Part shown: in pieces, positions 1-8,886 of the stretch | How positions within the stretch are numbered: the stretch's first letter is position 1 | Layout of the letters: each line of letters starts with the position of its first letter | NCBI GenBank assembly: GCA_965223325.1 | Contig: CBDCWI010000002.1 | Coordinates: 4,224,001 to 4,288,000 of the forward strand | DNA from: Candidatus Multivoradales bacterium | GTDB lineage: Bacteria > Acidobacteriota > Thermoanaerobaculia > Multivoradales > Multivoraceae | Direction: 5' to 3' | Length of the DNA stretch: 64,000 nucleotides | The notes under the pieces: model-generated | Database searches by the model: none | What the model was told of the DNA's origin: nothing | What the model saw: the letters and a program-made list of their open reading frames with translations, nothing else | Translations under genes and position numbers: made by a program

Positions 1-2
1 CC

Positions 3-140
3 GGGGAGATGACCTGTACTGCGGGCTTCTACGTTCCGGTGTTCGCTGATGGCCTCGAGGGCGGTGACCTCTGCGAGTGGTCGGGTGCGGTGGGTGGAAT
101 CTGCGACAGCCGCCGGGCTATGACTACGCCAGATCGCTGA
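3..140 (+). CDS. 3' end of a protein (partial, truncated by window edge) carrying the C-terminal D[GD][FL]E[SG]G...W tag
   Basis: Manual translation of frame 3: GEMTCTAGFYVPVFADGLEGGDLCEWSGAVGGICDSRRAMTTPDR, stop TGA 138-140. The motif matches the tails of the ORFs at 27825, 29508 and 30769. Confidence 0.6.
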   Translation, partial: GEMTCTAGFYVPVFADGLEGGDLCEWSGAVGGICDSRRAMTTPDR

Positions 141-258
141 CCGGTGGACGCGCTTGGCGGGATGCCTAACCCCCTGCCGCGACCAGTGGATCGGCCACTA
201 GACTAGAAGGCGAAACACGGCGTGTCTCACCTGTGCGCTGGCCACCAGGAGCCCCATC

Positions 259-2712
259 ATGCTGCTCGACCTCAAGCAGGCTCTACGCGCCCTCGTTCGG
301 CGCAAAGGCTTCAGCCTTCTGGTGATCGCCAGTGTCGGCATCGGTATCGGCGCGACTGTTGGAACCTTCGGTTACCTCTCGTACTGGTTGCGGCCAACGA
401 TTGAAGCGCCTCGGCCGTCAGAGGTGCATTGGATCTGGAATCAGACCGAACGCGATGCCTACGGCCGTTTCTCGGCTCCCGACTTCGAGCAGTATGAAGA
501 GCTAGAGGATGGCGGCGCGTTCACCGGTCTGGTCGGCTTCCGCCTCTTCGGCGCGGGGCTGCGCACCGAGGCGAAGACGATCTATGTGTTCGGCAACGTG
601 ACCACTGGCGACTTCTTCGACTTCTTTGGGGCTCGCCCCGCCCTTGGCCGTCTCTACGACGCCAGAGACGGCCGAAGCGACGCGGAGCCGGTCGTCGTGC
701 TTTCGCACCTCACGTGGAGACGACACTTCGGCTCTGACCCAGACGTTGTCGGTAAGACCGTCGACCTCGAGGGCCAGTCGCACACGATTATCGGGGTCGC
801 CGAGGAAGGCTTCCAGGGGTCCGGCGTCTGGGTGCACCTCTATGTGCCGATCGAAACCGTAGCGCCGAGGATTCTCGACCGGTCGGATCGCGATCAGCGT
901 TCCCTCGCCATGCTGGCGCGCTTGCCGAAAGAAGCTGCGCGAGATTCCGTCCAGGACCAGCTGAGCGCGTTGGGGCAGCGTCTCGACAGGACATATCCAC
1001 ACGATCAGGAAGCGCGTGCACCGACCCTTGTTCCGTTTCATGAAGACACCCAACCCGTCGACACCTACCAGCGCGCTGCCTTTCTGTTGATGGCCGCTAC
1101 CGGCCTCTTGTTGGCCTTGGCGGCTCTCAACGTGGCCAACCTGATGTTGGCGCGCACGCTCAATCGTCGGCGGGAGTTGGGGGTCTTAGCAGCCCTTGGG
1201 GCTGGTCGTTTGCGCGTCGCCCGCCGCTTGGTATTCGAGTGCCTTGCTCTTGCTGCATGTGGTGGCGTCCTGGGTGTGTTGCTTTCCGGTGGCGTAACGC
1301 TGGTGATTGAAAGCTACCTGCGAGATTCGGTGACCCTCGGCCTTGGCGAGTTCAGTCTCGGGTCGCACCTGGTGCAGAACAATGCCCTCGTCATTCCGTT
1401 CGCGATCGGTACGACCATCCTCACTGCGGTCATCTTCGGGGTCGGGCCGGCGGTATTGGCGGCCCGCACCGACGTCGTCGGCGCCCTCAAAGCTTCGGGC
1501 AGCGAGCCGCCCCAGGGTCGGCGCTTGCCGTCCGTTCGTTCGATGCTGGTCGTCGCTCAGGTTGCCATGTCGGTGGCGGTGCTTCTCGGTTCGGTCATGC
1601 TCTCGCGCAACCTCACAGCGCTTTCGAGCTCTGATCTCGGCTACGACCCTCTCAATCTGACACTGGCCACGCTGTATGTACCTCGCGACCAGCCGGGAGA
1701 GGCGACCGATAGAGACGAAAACATCGAACGCTGGGACGCTGTTCAAGAAGCGGTGAGCGCGCTGCCCGGTGTGACAGCCGCGAGCATCACTTGGCGGGTA
1801 CCTCTTGGCTTCATGGATCGAGCGGAGCTCCGAAGTGGGAGTCAGGGGAGCGCCGACGGTCGCGGTCCCGAAGTGCGTTACGGCGTCGTGGGGCGCAACT
1901 GGTTCAAGACGCTTGGAACGCCCATCCTCTACGGTCGTGGCTTTGACGGCTCAGATCGGCGCGAAACGCGCAGTGTTGCCGTCGTCAACGAGACCGCCGC
2001 TCGTCTACTTGCCGGCACTGAGGCTGAAGCGGTGAGTCGTACTCTGCGGCTCGACACCCAGTTCGATGTTCCCGAAGGCGACATCGAGATCGTCGGTGTC
2101 GTCCGGGACAGCACCTACCAATTCGCCCACGAGACGATCGCGCCGATGATCTTTCTGCCGTTCGAACAGGCCTATCGAGGGCGCATGACCCTTCTCGCCC
2201 GCAGCCAGGCGAACACCGATGAGGCGATTCGCAGCCTCTTTCACGCTCAGTTTCCCGACGTTGCGGTGGTTGGAGTCCACCCTTTCAGCGAACAGGTGCG
2301 GAGGTCGTTCACCGACCACCGGATGAACGCACAGATCAGCGGGTTCCTCGCGCTGTCCGCGCTCCTCTTGGCGACGTTCGGAATCTTCAGCCTGCTTAGC
2401 TACAGCGTCAGCCAGAAGGGGCGCGAGATCGGCGTTCGGATGGCCATTGGCGCCAGCCCGCGCGACGTAGTCCACTCGATCCTGAGGTCCGCCGGGCGAT
2501 TGGTCGCTGGCGGCGTAGTCCTCGGCTTTGTGCTCGCTTTCGCCCTCGCGCGTCTTCTCGAAGGCCTGGTCTTCGGCGTCAACCTCAAAGACCCCCTGAC
2601 CTTCCTCGTCGTTGGCCTCGTCCTGGCCACCAGCGCCGCCGGTGCCTCGCTAGTACCGGCCCTACGCGCAAGCCGAACCGACCCCGCCCAGGCCCTGCGC
2701 AGCGACAACTGA
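259..2712 (+). CDS. ADOP-family (acidobacterial duplicated orphan) ABC permease, MacB/FtsX-like
   Basis: 817 aa. N-terminal DLKQALRALVRRKGFS, two MacB periplasmic plus FtsX halves (RRRELGVLAALGA, REIGVRMAIGA), C-terminal PALRASRTDPAQALR. RBS AGGAG upstream. Confidence 0.92.
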   Translation: MLLDLKQALRALVRRKGFSLLVIASVGIGIGATVGTFGYLSYWLRPTIEAPRPSEVHWIWNQTERDAYGRFSAPDFEQYEELEDGGAFTGLVGFRLFGAGLRTEAKTIYVFGNVTTGDFFDFFGARPALGRLYDARDGRSDAEPVVVLSHLTWRRHFGSDPDVVGKTVDLEGQSHTIIGVAEEGFQGSGVWVHLYVPIETVAPRILDRSDRDQRSLAMLARLPKEAARDSVQDQLSALGQRLDRTYPHDQEARAPTLVPFHEDTQPVDTYQRAAFLLMAATGLLLALAALNVANLMLARTLNRRRELGVLAALGAGRLRVARRLVFECLALAACGGVLGVLLSGGVTLVIESYLRDSVTLGLGEFSLGSHLVQNNALVIPFAIGTTILTAVIFGVGPAVLAARTDVVGALKASGSEPPQGRRLPSVRSMLVVAQVAMSVAVLLGSVMLSRNLTALSSSDLGYDPLNLTLATLYVPRDQPGEATDRDENIERWDAVQEAVSALPGVTAASITWRVPLGFMDRAELRSGSQGSADGRGPEVRYGVVGRNWFKTLGTPILYGRGFDGSDRRETRSVAVVNETAARLLAGTEAEAVSRTLRLDTQFDVPEGDIEIVGVVRDSTYQFAHETIAPMIFLPFEQAYRGRMTLLARSQANTDEAIRSLFHAQFPDVAVVGVHPFSEQVRRSFTDHRMNAQISGFLALSALLLATFGIFSLLSYSVSQKGREIGVRMAIGASPRDVVHSILRSAGRLVAGGVVLGFVLAFALARLLEGLVFGVNLKDPLTFLVVGLVLATSAAGASLVPALRASRTDPAQALRSDN

Positions 2713-2714
2713 CC

Positions 2715-2820
2715 CCCGGCACCTCCCCGGGCGATTCCCGGGCATCTCCCGGATTCCCGGGCATCTCCCGGGCATCTCCCGGGCATCTCCCGGGCGTTCC
2801 CCGGGCGATTCCCGGGCGAT
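2715..2820. repeat. Tandem array of about 9-10 degenerate 11-bp units (CCCGGGCATCT / CCCGGGCGATT)
   Basis: Read directly after the permease stop codon. Most units contain the palindrome CCCGGG. No unique spacers. Confidence 0.9.
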
Positions 2821-2930
2821 CGACTGGGGTGATTCTGGGGAAGCTCGGGCCAGATCGCCCTGTTTCAGCGGGTGGGGGGCTTTTTAGGCGCTTCTTGCCG
2901 GCAAGGTGGTTGTTGTCTTTCAAATAGATT

Positions 2931-2959
2931 TTGTTGAAATAAAAGATATTAGCTATACT
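2931..2959 (+). promoter_or_regulatory. Putative sigma70 promoter for the 3121-4112 operon
   Basis: TTGTTG (2931-2936), 17 bp spacer, TATACT (2954-2959) in an AT-rich island. Confidence 0.6.
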
Positions 2960-3120
2960 CTATGTCCGGATCGGGTCTGCGGTCCAGAGGGCTGTGATCT
3001 CTAGACCCGATGAGTCGTCCCCTCGCGTTGCCACATGCCGTCTCCATCGCGTGATTTCACTTTCAAAGGGGCCGAGTCCTGGCGTGTGGCGACCAACCCT
3101 ACTCTCGTGAGGAGTGTCTC

Positions 3121-3579
3121 GTGGGCAAGAAACTCGTCAGTGTCAAAGCTATGAAGTCGATCCAGGTGATCGGTCGTATTTGTACGATCGGTGGTCTGGT
3201 GATCGTGACTGCGATGGTGGTCTACCTCGCAGCCAGTCCGGTTCAACCCCCGATGGGTAAGTTGCGCATGATCGTTGCGTTCTTGTTCCTGGGGCTGGCG
3301 CTCAACCAGGTCGGTGTTCTCAAGCTCGGCGAAAAGGCTGTAACCAGCCGCAAGTACCTGGCGCTGCGCAAGGAGACCGAGGACTTCCTCAAGTTGGTCT
3401 CGGCGCTCAACAAGCACACCCTCGAAGGCGACATGCCGGCAGTCGACACAGTTGTCGACCAGATGCATGACTCGATCGAAGACCTGCGCAACGCTGCGGG
3501 GATCTCGATTACGCGCCAGATCGGTAGCCTGGAAGGCTCGCTGGCCCGTGCGCGCGAGCAGGCGGAGCAGCAGGCATGA
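3121..3579 (+). CDS. Hypothetical membrane protein (2 TM helices plus helical C-terminus)
   Basis: GAGGAG RBS, two hydrophobic segments, ATGA overlap with the pilin gene. Confidence 0.7.
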   Translation: MGKKLVSVKAMKSIQVIGRICTIGGLVIVTAMVVYLAASPVQPPMGKLRMIVAFLFLGLALNQVGVLKLGEKAVTSRKYLALRKETEDFLKLVSALNKHTLEGDMPAVDTVVDQMHDSIEDLRNAAGISITRQIGSLEGSLARAREQAEQQA

Positions 3580-4112
3580 GCGCCTCACAGGAGAACAAGA
3601 ACTCTGCCCGCATCCAGGAGCTCGGCTTTACGCTCGTCGAGCTGCTGGTCACCGTCGCCGTTCTAGGAATCATCGCCATCGTCATCCTTCCCATGGCGTC
3701 CTGCTGGATGCAAGGGGCGCGCTTCGCATCGATCATGGGCGACTTCGATCTCGTGCGAGGCCAGATTGAGCTCTACGAGATGGAGACCGGCCAGTGGCCC
3801 GACACGCTCGAGGATGCCTTTCCAGCCGGCAGCGCGATTCCGACCACGATCTTGTACTGCACCGACGACGAGGACGCAAACAATGGTCACGGCAATGAAG
3901 ACTGCTTCTTCTACGACCCGAGCAACCCCTCGGGGAAGAACAACCACGGCGGAATCATCGGCGGTGGATACCTCATGCGTACCATCCGCGACGTAGCACC
4001 CTGCAAGAACATCGACTTCATCTATACGACTTGCTGCGGAAAGGAGCCGTCCGTGCAGCACATGGACGATCCGCCAGTCAAAATGGGGCATCCAGGTCAG
4101 GGCGCCCTCTAG
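3576..4112 (+). CDS. Prepilin-type N-terminal cleavage/methylation protein (type IV pilin / GspG-like pseudopilin)
   Basis: G|FTLVELLVTVAVLGIIAIVILP class III signal peptide with Glu5; IELYEMETGQWP resembles the GspG helix. Confidence 0.88.
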   Translation: MSASQENKNSARIQELGFTLVELLVTVAVLGIIAIVILPMASCWMQGARFASIMGDFDLVRGQIELYEMETGQWPDTLEDAFPAGSAIPTTILYCTDDEDANNGHGNEDCFFYDPSNPSGKNNHGGIIGGGYLMRTIRDVAPCKNIDFIYTTCCGKEPSVQHMDDPPVKMGHPGQGAL

Positions 4113-4156
4113 GACCCCTCCTCTGAGCTCTAGAAGAGCTCCCTCCCAAAGACTGC

Positions 4157-4191
4157 AAAGGCCAACCGGGCGTTGCCCTGGTTGGCCCTTT
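4157..4191 (+). terminator. Putative intrinsic terminator
   Basis: GGCCAACCGGGC-GTT-GCCCTGGTTGGCC hairpin (one bulge) followed by CTTT, downstream of the pilin gene. Confidence 0.55.
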
Positions 4192-4236
4192 CGCGTTGGG
4201 TCAGAAACCTTCCCTGTTCGACTTGCGGTTCAGGGC

Positions 4237-4273
4237 TTGCTAAAAATTTAGCGGTATGCTAAAAATTTAGCAA
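4237..4273 (+). promoter_or_regulatory. Tandem palindromic operator for the BlaI-family repressor, overlapping its promoter
   Basis: Two identical GCTAAAAATTTAGC (GCTAAA-N2-TTTAGC) boxes at 4239-4252 and 4258-4271, about 45 bp before the blaI-like start. Confidence 0.8.
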
Positions 4274-4314
4274 CGGCGAGGTCCACAACGAAGAGTCAAG
4301 AGGAGAGAGGCCCG

Positions 4315-4701
4315 ATGACCCGAGACGACCGAAGGCTCAGTCGACGAGAGCGCGAGATCATGGACATCGTGTATCGCCACGGTCGGGTGACGGTCAACGA
4401 CGTGCTGGCCCATCTCGAAGACCCTCCCTCCTATTCGACGGTCCGCACGTTGCTTCGCATCCTCGAGCAGAAGGGCCACCTTCATCACGAGCAGGACGGG
4501 CCGCGCTACGCCTTTCAGCCCACCGTCCCGCGAGGTACGGCCAGTCGTAGTGCTCTACGCCATGTCATCGAGACGTTCTTCGAAGACTCGACGGAGAAGG
4601 CGGTGGCAGCGTTGCTCGACATGCGCTCCTCGTCGCTGTCCGAGGATGAGCTCGCGAGACTCCAGGAACTGATCGACCGAGCGCGCGAGGAGGAGAGATG
4701 A
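4315..4701 (+). CDS. BlaI/MecI/CopY family transcriptional repressor
   Basis: LSRREREIMDIVY...SYSTVRTLLRILEQKGHL winged-helix signature; translationally coupled to an M56 gene. Confidence 0.93.
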   Translation: MTRDDRRLSRREREIMDIVYRHGRVTVNDVLAHLEDPPSYSTVRTLLRILEQKGHLHHEQDGPRYAFQPTVPRGTASRSALRHVIETFFEDSTEKAVAALLDMRSSSLSEDELARLQELIDRAREEER

Positions 4702-6923
4702 CTCGTCTGGAATGGTTCGCCTTCTCCGGAGCGGCGGACGGAATGGTGCTGGACGCAGCCCTCAAGGTGACCCTGCTCCTGGCGGCAGGCCTCTTTGCTG
4801 TTCGTTGGGCGCGCCGCGCGTCGGCGAGCTGGAGACTTTCGGTGCTCCTGATCGTTCTGATTGGGGCAGTCGCGGTGCCGATTCTCTCGGTGCTTCTTCC
4901 GAGTGTCGTGGTTCCCATTCTCCCCGCTCCACCAACTCGTGCCACCACAGCCACAGCTCCCCTGACTGCCCTCCCTGCCCGGCCGGCAGATGCCCCGCCG
5001 CGGGTAAGCAAAGTGACGCCGCCTCGAGCCGGAACCTCCTCGCCGGCCGTCTCCACCTCAGCGGCGGCAACCGACCGCGATCACTCGCGAACAGCGAGCC
5101 CGACCCTGGCGCCGGTCTTCCTCGCATCCTGGGCTCTAGGCCTTCTGTGGAGCCTCATCCGGCAGCGCAACGCTCATCGGAGGGTGCGTGCACTCGAGCG
5201 CTCGGCCCGGGTCGAGATCGAGCCTGCACTCATCGCGACCCTCGAGCTGACCGCAGCTCGGGTCGGTGTCCGACGAAGCGTGCAACTGCTTACCGCCCGC
5301 GAGCGCATCGGTCCAATGACCTGGGGGCATAGAGAACCCGTCATTCTGCTACCGGAAGACCATCGCGAGTGGAGTTGCGAGCGCCGCGCGATCGTGCTTC
5401 AGCACGAGCTCTTTCACATCAAGCGCTCCGACTGGCTGGTGCGAGTCGTTGCTCGAACCGCCGCTGCGATCTACTGGTTCCACCCGCTGGCCTGGATGGT
5501 TCTCGAGCGCATCGTCGAGGAGCAAGAGCACGCGTGCGACCGGGAGGTCCTGGCGCTGGGCACGCGCGCGACCCGCTACGCGCAGCATCTCCTGGCCCTG
5601 GCCCGCCGTTCGACCGACTCCGAATTGCCGAATATCCCCCTGCCGGCGTTGCCGATGGCGCGCCGCCGACTCCTGGAGGTCCGTCTGATGTCGATTCTCG
5701 ACCAAAAGCCCCGCTCGCGCACCCTGAGCGTCGCTCTCGCCATTCCCGCACTTTGCTTCTTCGCCCTGTTGGTGCCCGCCTTGGCTGCCGTCGAGCCCTG
5801 GGCCCAGGAGCCTCAGGAGCCCAAGACGCCGGCCGAGGCCCGCGCTCAGCTTCTCGAGGTGGTGCGAGATATCGAGCGCATCGAAGCACAGATCGAACCC
5901 CATGAAGCGCAACTCCGAGCACTCGAGGCGGAGCTGCGGCCGACGGAGTTGCACCTCGAGTCGATTGAGGACGCCCTGGCGCCCCACCGCGAGCAGCTCG
6001 AGGCCGTCGAAGCGGAGCTCGAGCCGTTCGAGGCAGAGCTGCGAGCGGTCGAGGCACGCCTCGAACCGCATGAAGACGCCCTGGCTGAAGCAGAGCGCGC
6101 CTTACGGCCCTTCGAAGCGCTCTTCGAGGCGATCGAGGCAGAACTTGCACCGTTCGAGAAAGAGCTCGATGCGCTCGAGCTCGACCTCGCACCGTTCGAG
6201 GCGCGCATCAACGAGATCGAGGCGCGTCTCGACAACATCGACTTCGAAGGAGATGACGCGCAGCGCGATCAGTTCGAGCAACAACTCGAGGCCGTGCACA
6301 GAGAGATGCAGCCGGTTCTCGCTCAGATGGAGGAGGTGCACGAGCAGATGAGGCCAGTTCAAGAGCGACTCGAAAGCATTCATCTCGAAATGGAGCCCGC
6401 GCATGCCGAGCTGGAGGAGGTCCATCTACGTCTGGAACCAGTTCTCAAGGAGATGGAGAAGATCCACATCGAGATGAAGCCGGTGTTCCGCAGGATGGAG
6501 TCTCTCCATCTGGAAGTCGAACCGGTGATCGCGCGGGTGGAGAATGCCCACCTTGACATGCAGCCGGTCCTGGAGCGCATCGAGGCGGTGCAGCGCGAGA
6601 TGCACGAGCCACTCGAAGAGATCGAACGCCTCCACGGGAAAGTAGAGAGCAGCAGCTCCGTCCTGGTCGATGACGTCTTGCGCCGGGAACTCGCGACGCT
6701 CCAACTCGACGAGCGTGCGATCGCAACGGTTCGGGGTTCGATCCTCGAGGTCGCGGGCCTCAACCTTCGCAACCGGCGCCTCCAGCTCGTTGGAGACTTC
6801 GAAGAGCTCAGAGAGCGCATTGAGCTGGCGCTCGAGGGCCTTGGCGTGGACGACCCGGGCCGTGACGCGCTCAGCCAGCAGGCGGCGCGGGCCCTCCTCG
6901 CTTTAGAGGTCGATCTCGAGTAG
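4698..6923 (+). CDS. M56-family (BlaR1/MecR1-like) metallopeptidase sensor with a C-terminal 14-residue repeat domain
   Basis: PMTWG..EPVILLP, HELFH zinc motif, WFHPLAW, EHACD; TM helix followed by long Pro-punctuated helical repeats. Confidence 0.9.
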   Translation: MTRLEWFAFSGAADGMVLDAALKVTLLLAAGLFAVRWARRASASWRLSVLLIVLIGAVAVPILSVLLPSVVVPILPAPPTRATTATAPLTALPARPADAPPRVSKVTPPRAGTSSPAVSTSAAATDRDHSRTASPTLAPVFLASWALGLLWSLIRQRNAHRRVRALERSARVEIEPALIATLELTAARVGVRRSVQLLTARERIGPMTWGHREPVILLPEDHREWSCERRAIVLQHELFHIKRSDWLVRVVARTAAAIYWFHPLAWMVLERIVEEQEHACDREVLALGTRATRYAQHLLALARRSTDSELPNIPLPALPMARRRLLEVRLMSILDQKPRSRTLSVALAIPALCFFALLVPALAAVEPWAQEPQEPKTPAEARAQLLEVVRDIERIEAQIEPHEAQLRALEAELRPTELHLESIEDALAPHREQLEAVEAELEPFEAELRAVEARLEPHEDALAEAERALRPFEALFEAIEAELAPFEKELDALELDLAPFEARINEIEARLDNIDFEGDDAQRDQFEQQLEAVHREMQPVLAQMEEVHEQMRPVQERLESIHLEMEPAHAELEEVHLRLEPVLKEMEKIHIEMKPVFRRMESLHLEVEPVIARVENAHLDMQPVLERIEAVQREMHEPLEEIERLHGKVESSSSVLVDDVLRRELATLQLDERAIATVRGSILEVAGLNLRNRRLQLVGDFEELRERIELALEGLGVDDPGRDALSQQAARALLALEVDLE

Positions 6924-7004
6924 CCCGGCGTCGCCGCCTGGCCGCAGGCACCCGATCGCAACGCCGTCCGAAGGTAGCGTAGTCCGAAGCGAAAGTCGCC
7001 CAAG

Positions 7005-7367
7005 CTACTTGTCGCGTTGAACTGTGTCAGGCGCAAAGGCTGGAAGACAAACCGCCACGTACTCAGCGCCACCCGCTTCTGGTGAGCTGTAGCGTACCCA
7101 TTCGCCCGGTGAGGTGACGACCGCCTGCCCTGCGGCGACGTCAAGAACACCGTTTCGGTGCTCCACCCGCAGGGTTCCGGAAAGCACCACGGTGATCTCC
7201 TCGAACTGTGGAGTCTGCCCTGGCTCCACCCACCCCTCAGGGGACTTCATGCGCGCGACGCTCACCGTCTCGTGGCCACTGTTGACCCGGCCCACATATT
7301 CCTCGATTCGATTGGGCTTGTTGCCAGTGGCCTCGATCACGGCAGGTTTTGCGATTAGCCTGGGCAT
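7005..7367 (-). CDS. Cupin-domain protein (EutQ-like)
   Basis: SPEGWVEPGQTPQFEE...PGEWVRYS cupin motifs; start ATG 7367 with GGAG RBS. Confidence 0.85.
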   Translation of the reverse strand: MPRLIAKPAVIEATGNKPNRIEEYVGRVNSGHETVSVARMKSPEGWVEPGQTPQFEEITVVLSGTLRVEHRNGVLDVAAGQAVVTSPGEWVRYSSPEAGGAEYVAVCLPAFAPDTVQRDK

Positions 7368-7420
7368 TCTTGTCTCCCGCGGTTCTGGGTCTCGCAGCCA
7401 GAGTCTCACAGGAGAACGTT

Positions 7421-8311
7421 TCAGTCTTGCGGTCCCCAGCGACGGATGCCTGGCAACGACCGGTAGAGGATCTCGTGGTACAACCGCTGTGGCAAGAGTC
7501 GCCGCAGAAGCGAGAACAGGCGTGCGTCGAGCGTCGCCTGTACGCGGAGTGGAGGCCGACGGCTTTCAAGGACCCGGTGGATGCGCCGAGCGATGCCCTC
7601 CTCGGTAGCCAATGACCGCCGCATCAGCCGAGTGATGAAGGCTCCCATCTCTTGATAGTGCCTGTAGTACGCGGCCTCGCGCCGGTTGGCGGACGAGGCG
7701 CTACTCTCGGTGTAGACGGTGTTCTCGAAGCCAGACGAGTTGACGAACCCCGGTTCGATCAACGACACTGCGATGCCCCACGGCCGCACCTCATACCAGA
7801 GCGACTCGGTGGCTCCTTCGAGAGCGAACTTCGAGGCGCTGTAGACTGCCATCGTCGGCATGGCCATCATTCCGCCTACCGAAGAAACGTTGATGATGCG
7901 GCCGCGACGTTTGGCGCGCATGGTTGGAAGGGCGAGGCGAGCGAGCTCCATCGGGGCACGGAAGTTGATTCCCATCTGGGCGAGCCGCTCCTCTTCACGG
8001 ACGTGCTCGACGACGGCTCGATAGGCGATGCCGGCGTTGTTGATGAGGGCGTCGACTCCTCCAAGGTCTTGATTGGCCTCGTCCAGGACTGCGCGCCGTT
8101 CACCTTCCTCGAGCACGTTGAGAGGCCGTAGGAAAACGCGCTCGCCTTCGGCGATCCCGGCATCTCGAAAGCGCCCGAGAGACGACTCGCGAGCGGTCAA
8201 AAGCAAGCGGTAGTCGCTTGCTCTGATCAGTCGCCGGGCCGTCGCCAGTCCAATACCCGTGCTAGCGCCGGTGATCAGGACGAGTGCGCTTCTGGGAAGG
8301 GGTGGTGCCAC
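7421..8311 (-). CDS. Short-chain dehydrogenase/reductase
   Basis: TGASTGIG, NNAG, NVSS and YSASK motifs. Confidence 0.92.
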   Translation of the reverse strand: MAPPLPRSALVLITGASTGIGLATARRLIRASDYRLLLTARESSLGRFRDAGIAEGERVFLRPLNVLEEGERRAVLDEANQDLGGVDALINNAGIAYRAVVEHVREEERLAQMGINFRAPMELARLALPTMRAKRRGRIINVSSVGGMMAMPTMAVYSASKFALEGATESLWYEVRPWGIAVSLIEPGFVNSSGFENTVYTESSASSANRREAAYYRHYQEMGAFITRLMRRSLATEEGIARRIHRVLESRRPPLRVQATLDARLFSLLRRLLPQRLYHEILYRSLPGIRRWGPQD

Positions 8312-8361
8312 GTGCCTCCTACCTGGAGTGCTTGCTGTGAGGATCTCGAATCTAGGCCCAG

Positions 8362-8799
8362 CTACCCCGACAGCTGGCGGAGGAATGACGTGATGTCTTG
8401 CCGCTCGGAGGTGCCGAGCCCTTGAATGGCGACCTGGTCGGTGATGACTTCGTCGAAGATCTGCGACGCCTCGCGCACCAGCTTCTTCCCGTGTGCGGTC
8501 AGCCGGGCGAGGGAACTCCGGGCATCGCGCGCGTCGCGCCTGGTTTCGACATAGCCGAGTTTCTCGAGTGGCCGTAGAGCGCGAGTGACTCCTGAGGGAC
8601 TCAGCGAGACGACCGCCGCCAGGTCGACTCGTTTGGCAGTCGCCTGGTGTTCGGCGGCGAGGGCGTTGAGGATCTGATACTCACGCAGCGAGACCCCCTT
8701 GATCATGGAAATGCGGTGGTCGAGCCGTCGCTCGAGGGTGGCTGCGGCCGAAAGCAGTAGCAGGGCGAGGCTACGCCCAGGATTGGATTCGATACTCAT
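8362..8799 (-). CDS. MarR-family transcriptional regulator
   Basis: DLAAVVSLSPSGVTRALRPLEKLGYV...DAR...LT wHTH; likely leaderless start at 8799. Confidence 0.88.
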   Translation of the reverse strand: MSIESNPGRSLALLLLSAAATLERRLDHRISMIKGVSLREYQILNALAAEHQATAKRVDLAAVVSLSPSGVTRALRPLEKLGYVETRRDARDARSSLARLTAHGKKLVREASQIFDEVITDQVAIQGLGTSERQDITSFLRQLSG

Positions 8800-8836
8800 G
8801 CAATGTATAGTATAGATCCTTGATTTCTCATGCAAT
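8795..8836 (-). promoter_or_regulatory. Leaderless sigma70 promoter of marR with repeated ATTGCATGAG boxes
   Basis: Minus strand: TTGCAT (8835-8830), 17 bp, TACTAT (8812-8807), 7 bp, ATG. A 10-bp direct repeat sits at 8795-8804 and 8827-8836. Confidence 0.6.
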
Positions 8837-8886
8837 AGGCAAGTAATTCCTGAGGGGGCGAAACTGCGCTAGCGCCTCCTTGGTCG

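Noticed and set aside
2715-2820. Possible CRISPR array
   Set aside because: Units are 11 bp, directly adjacent and without unique spacers; no cas genes in the window.
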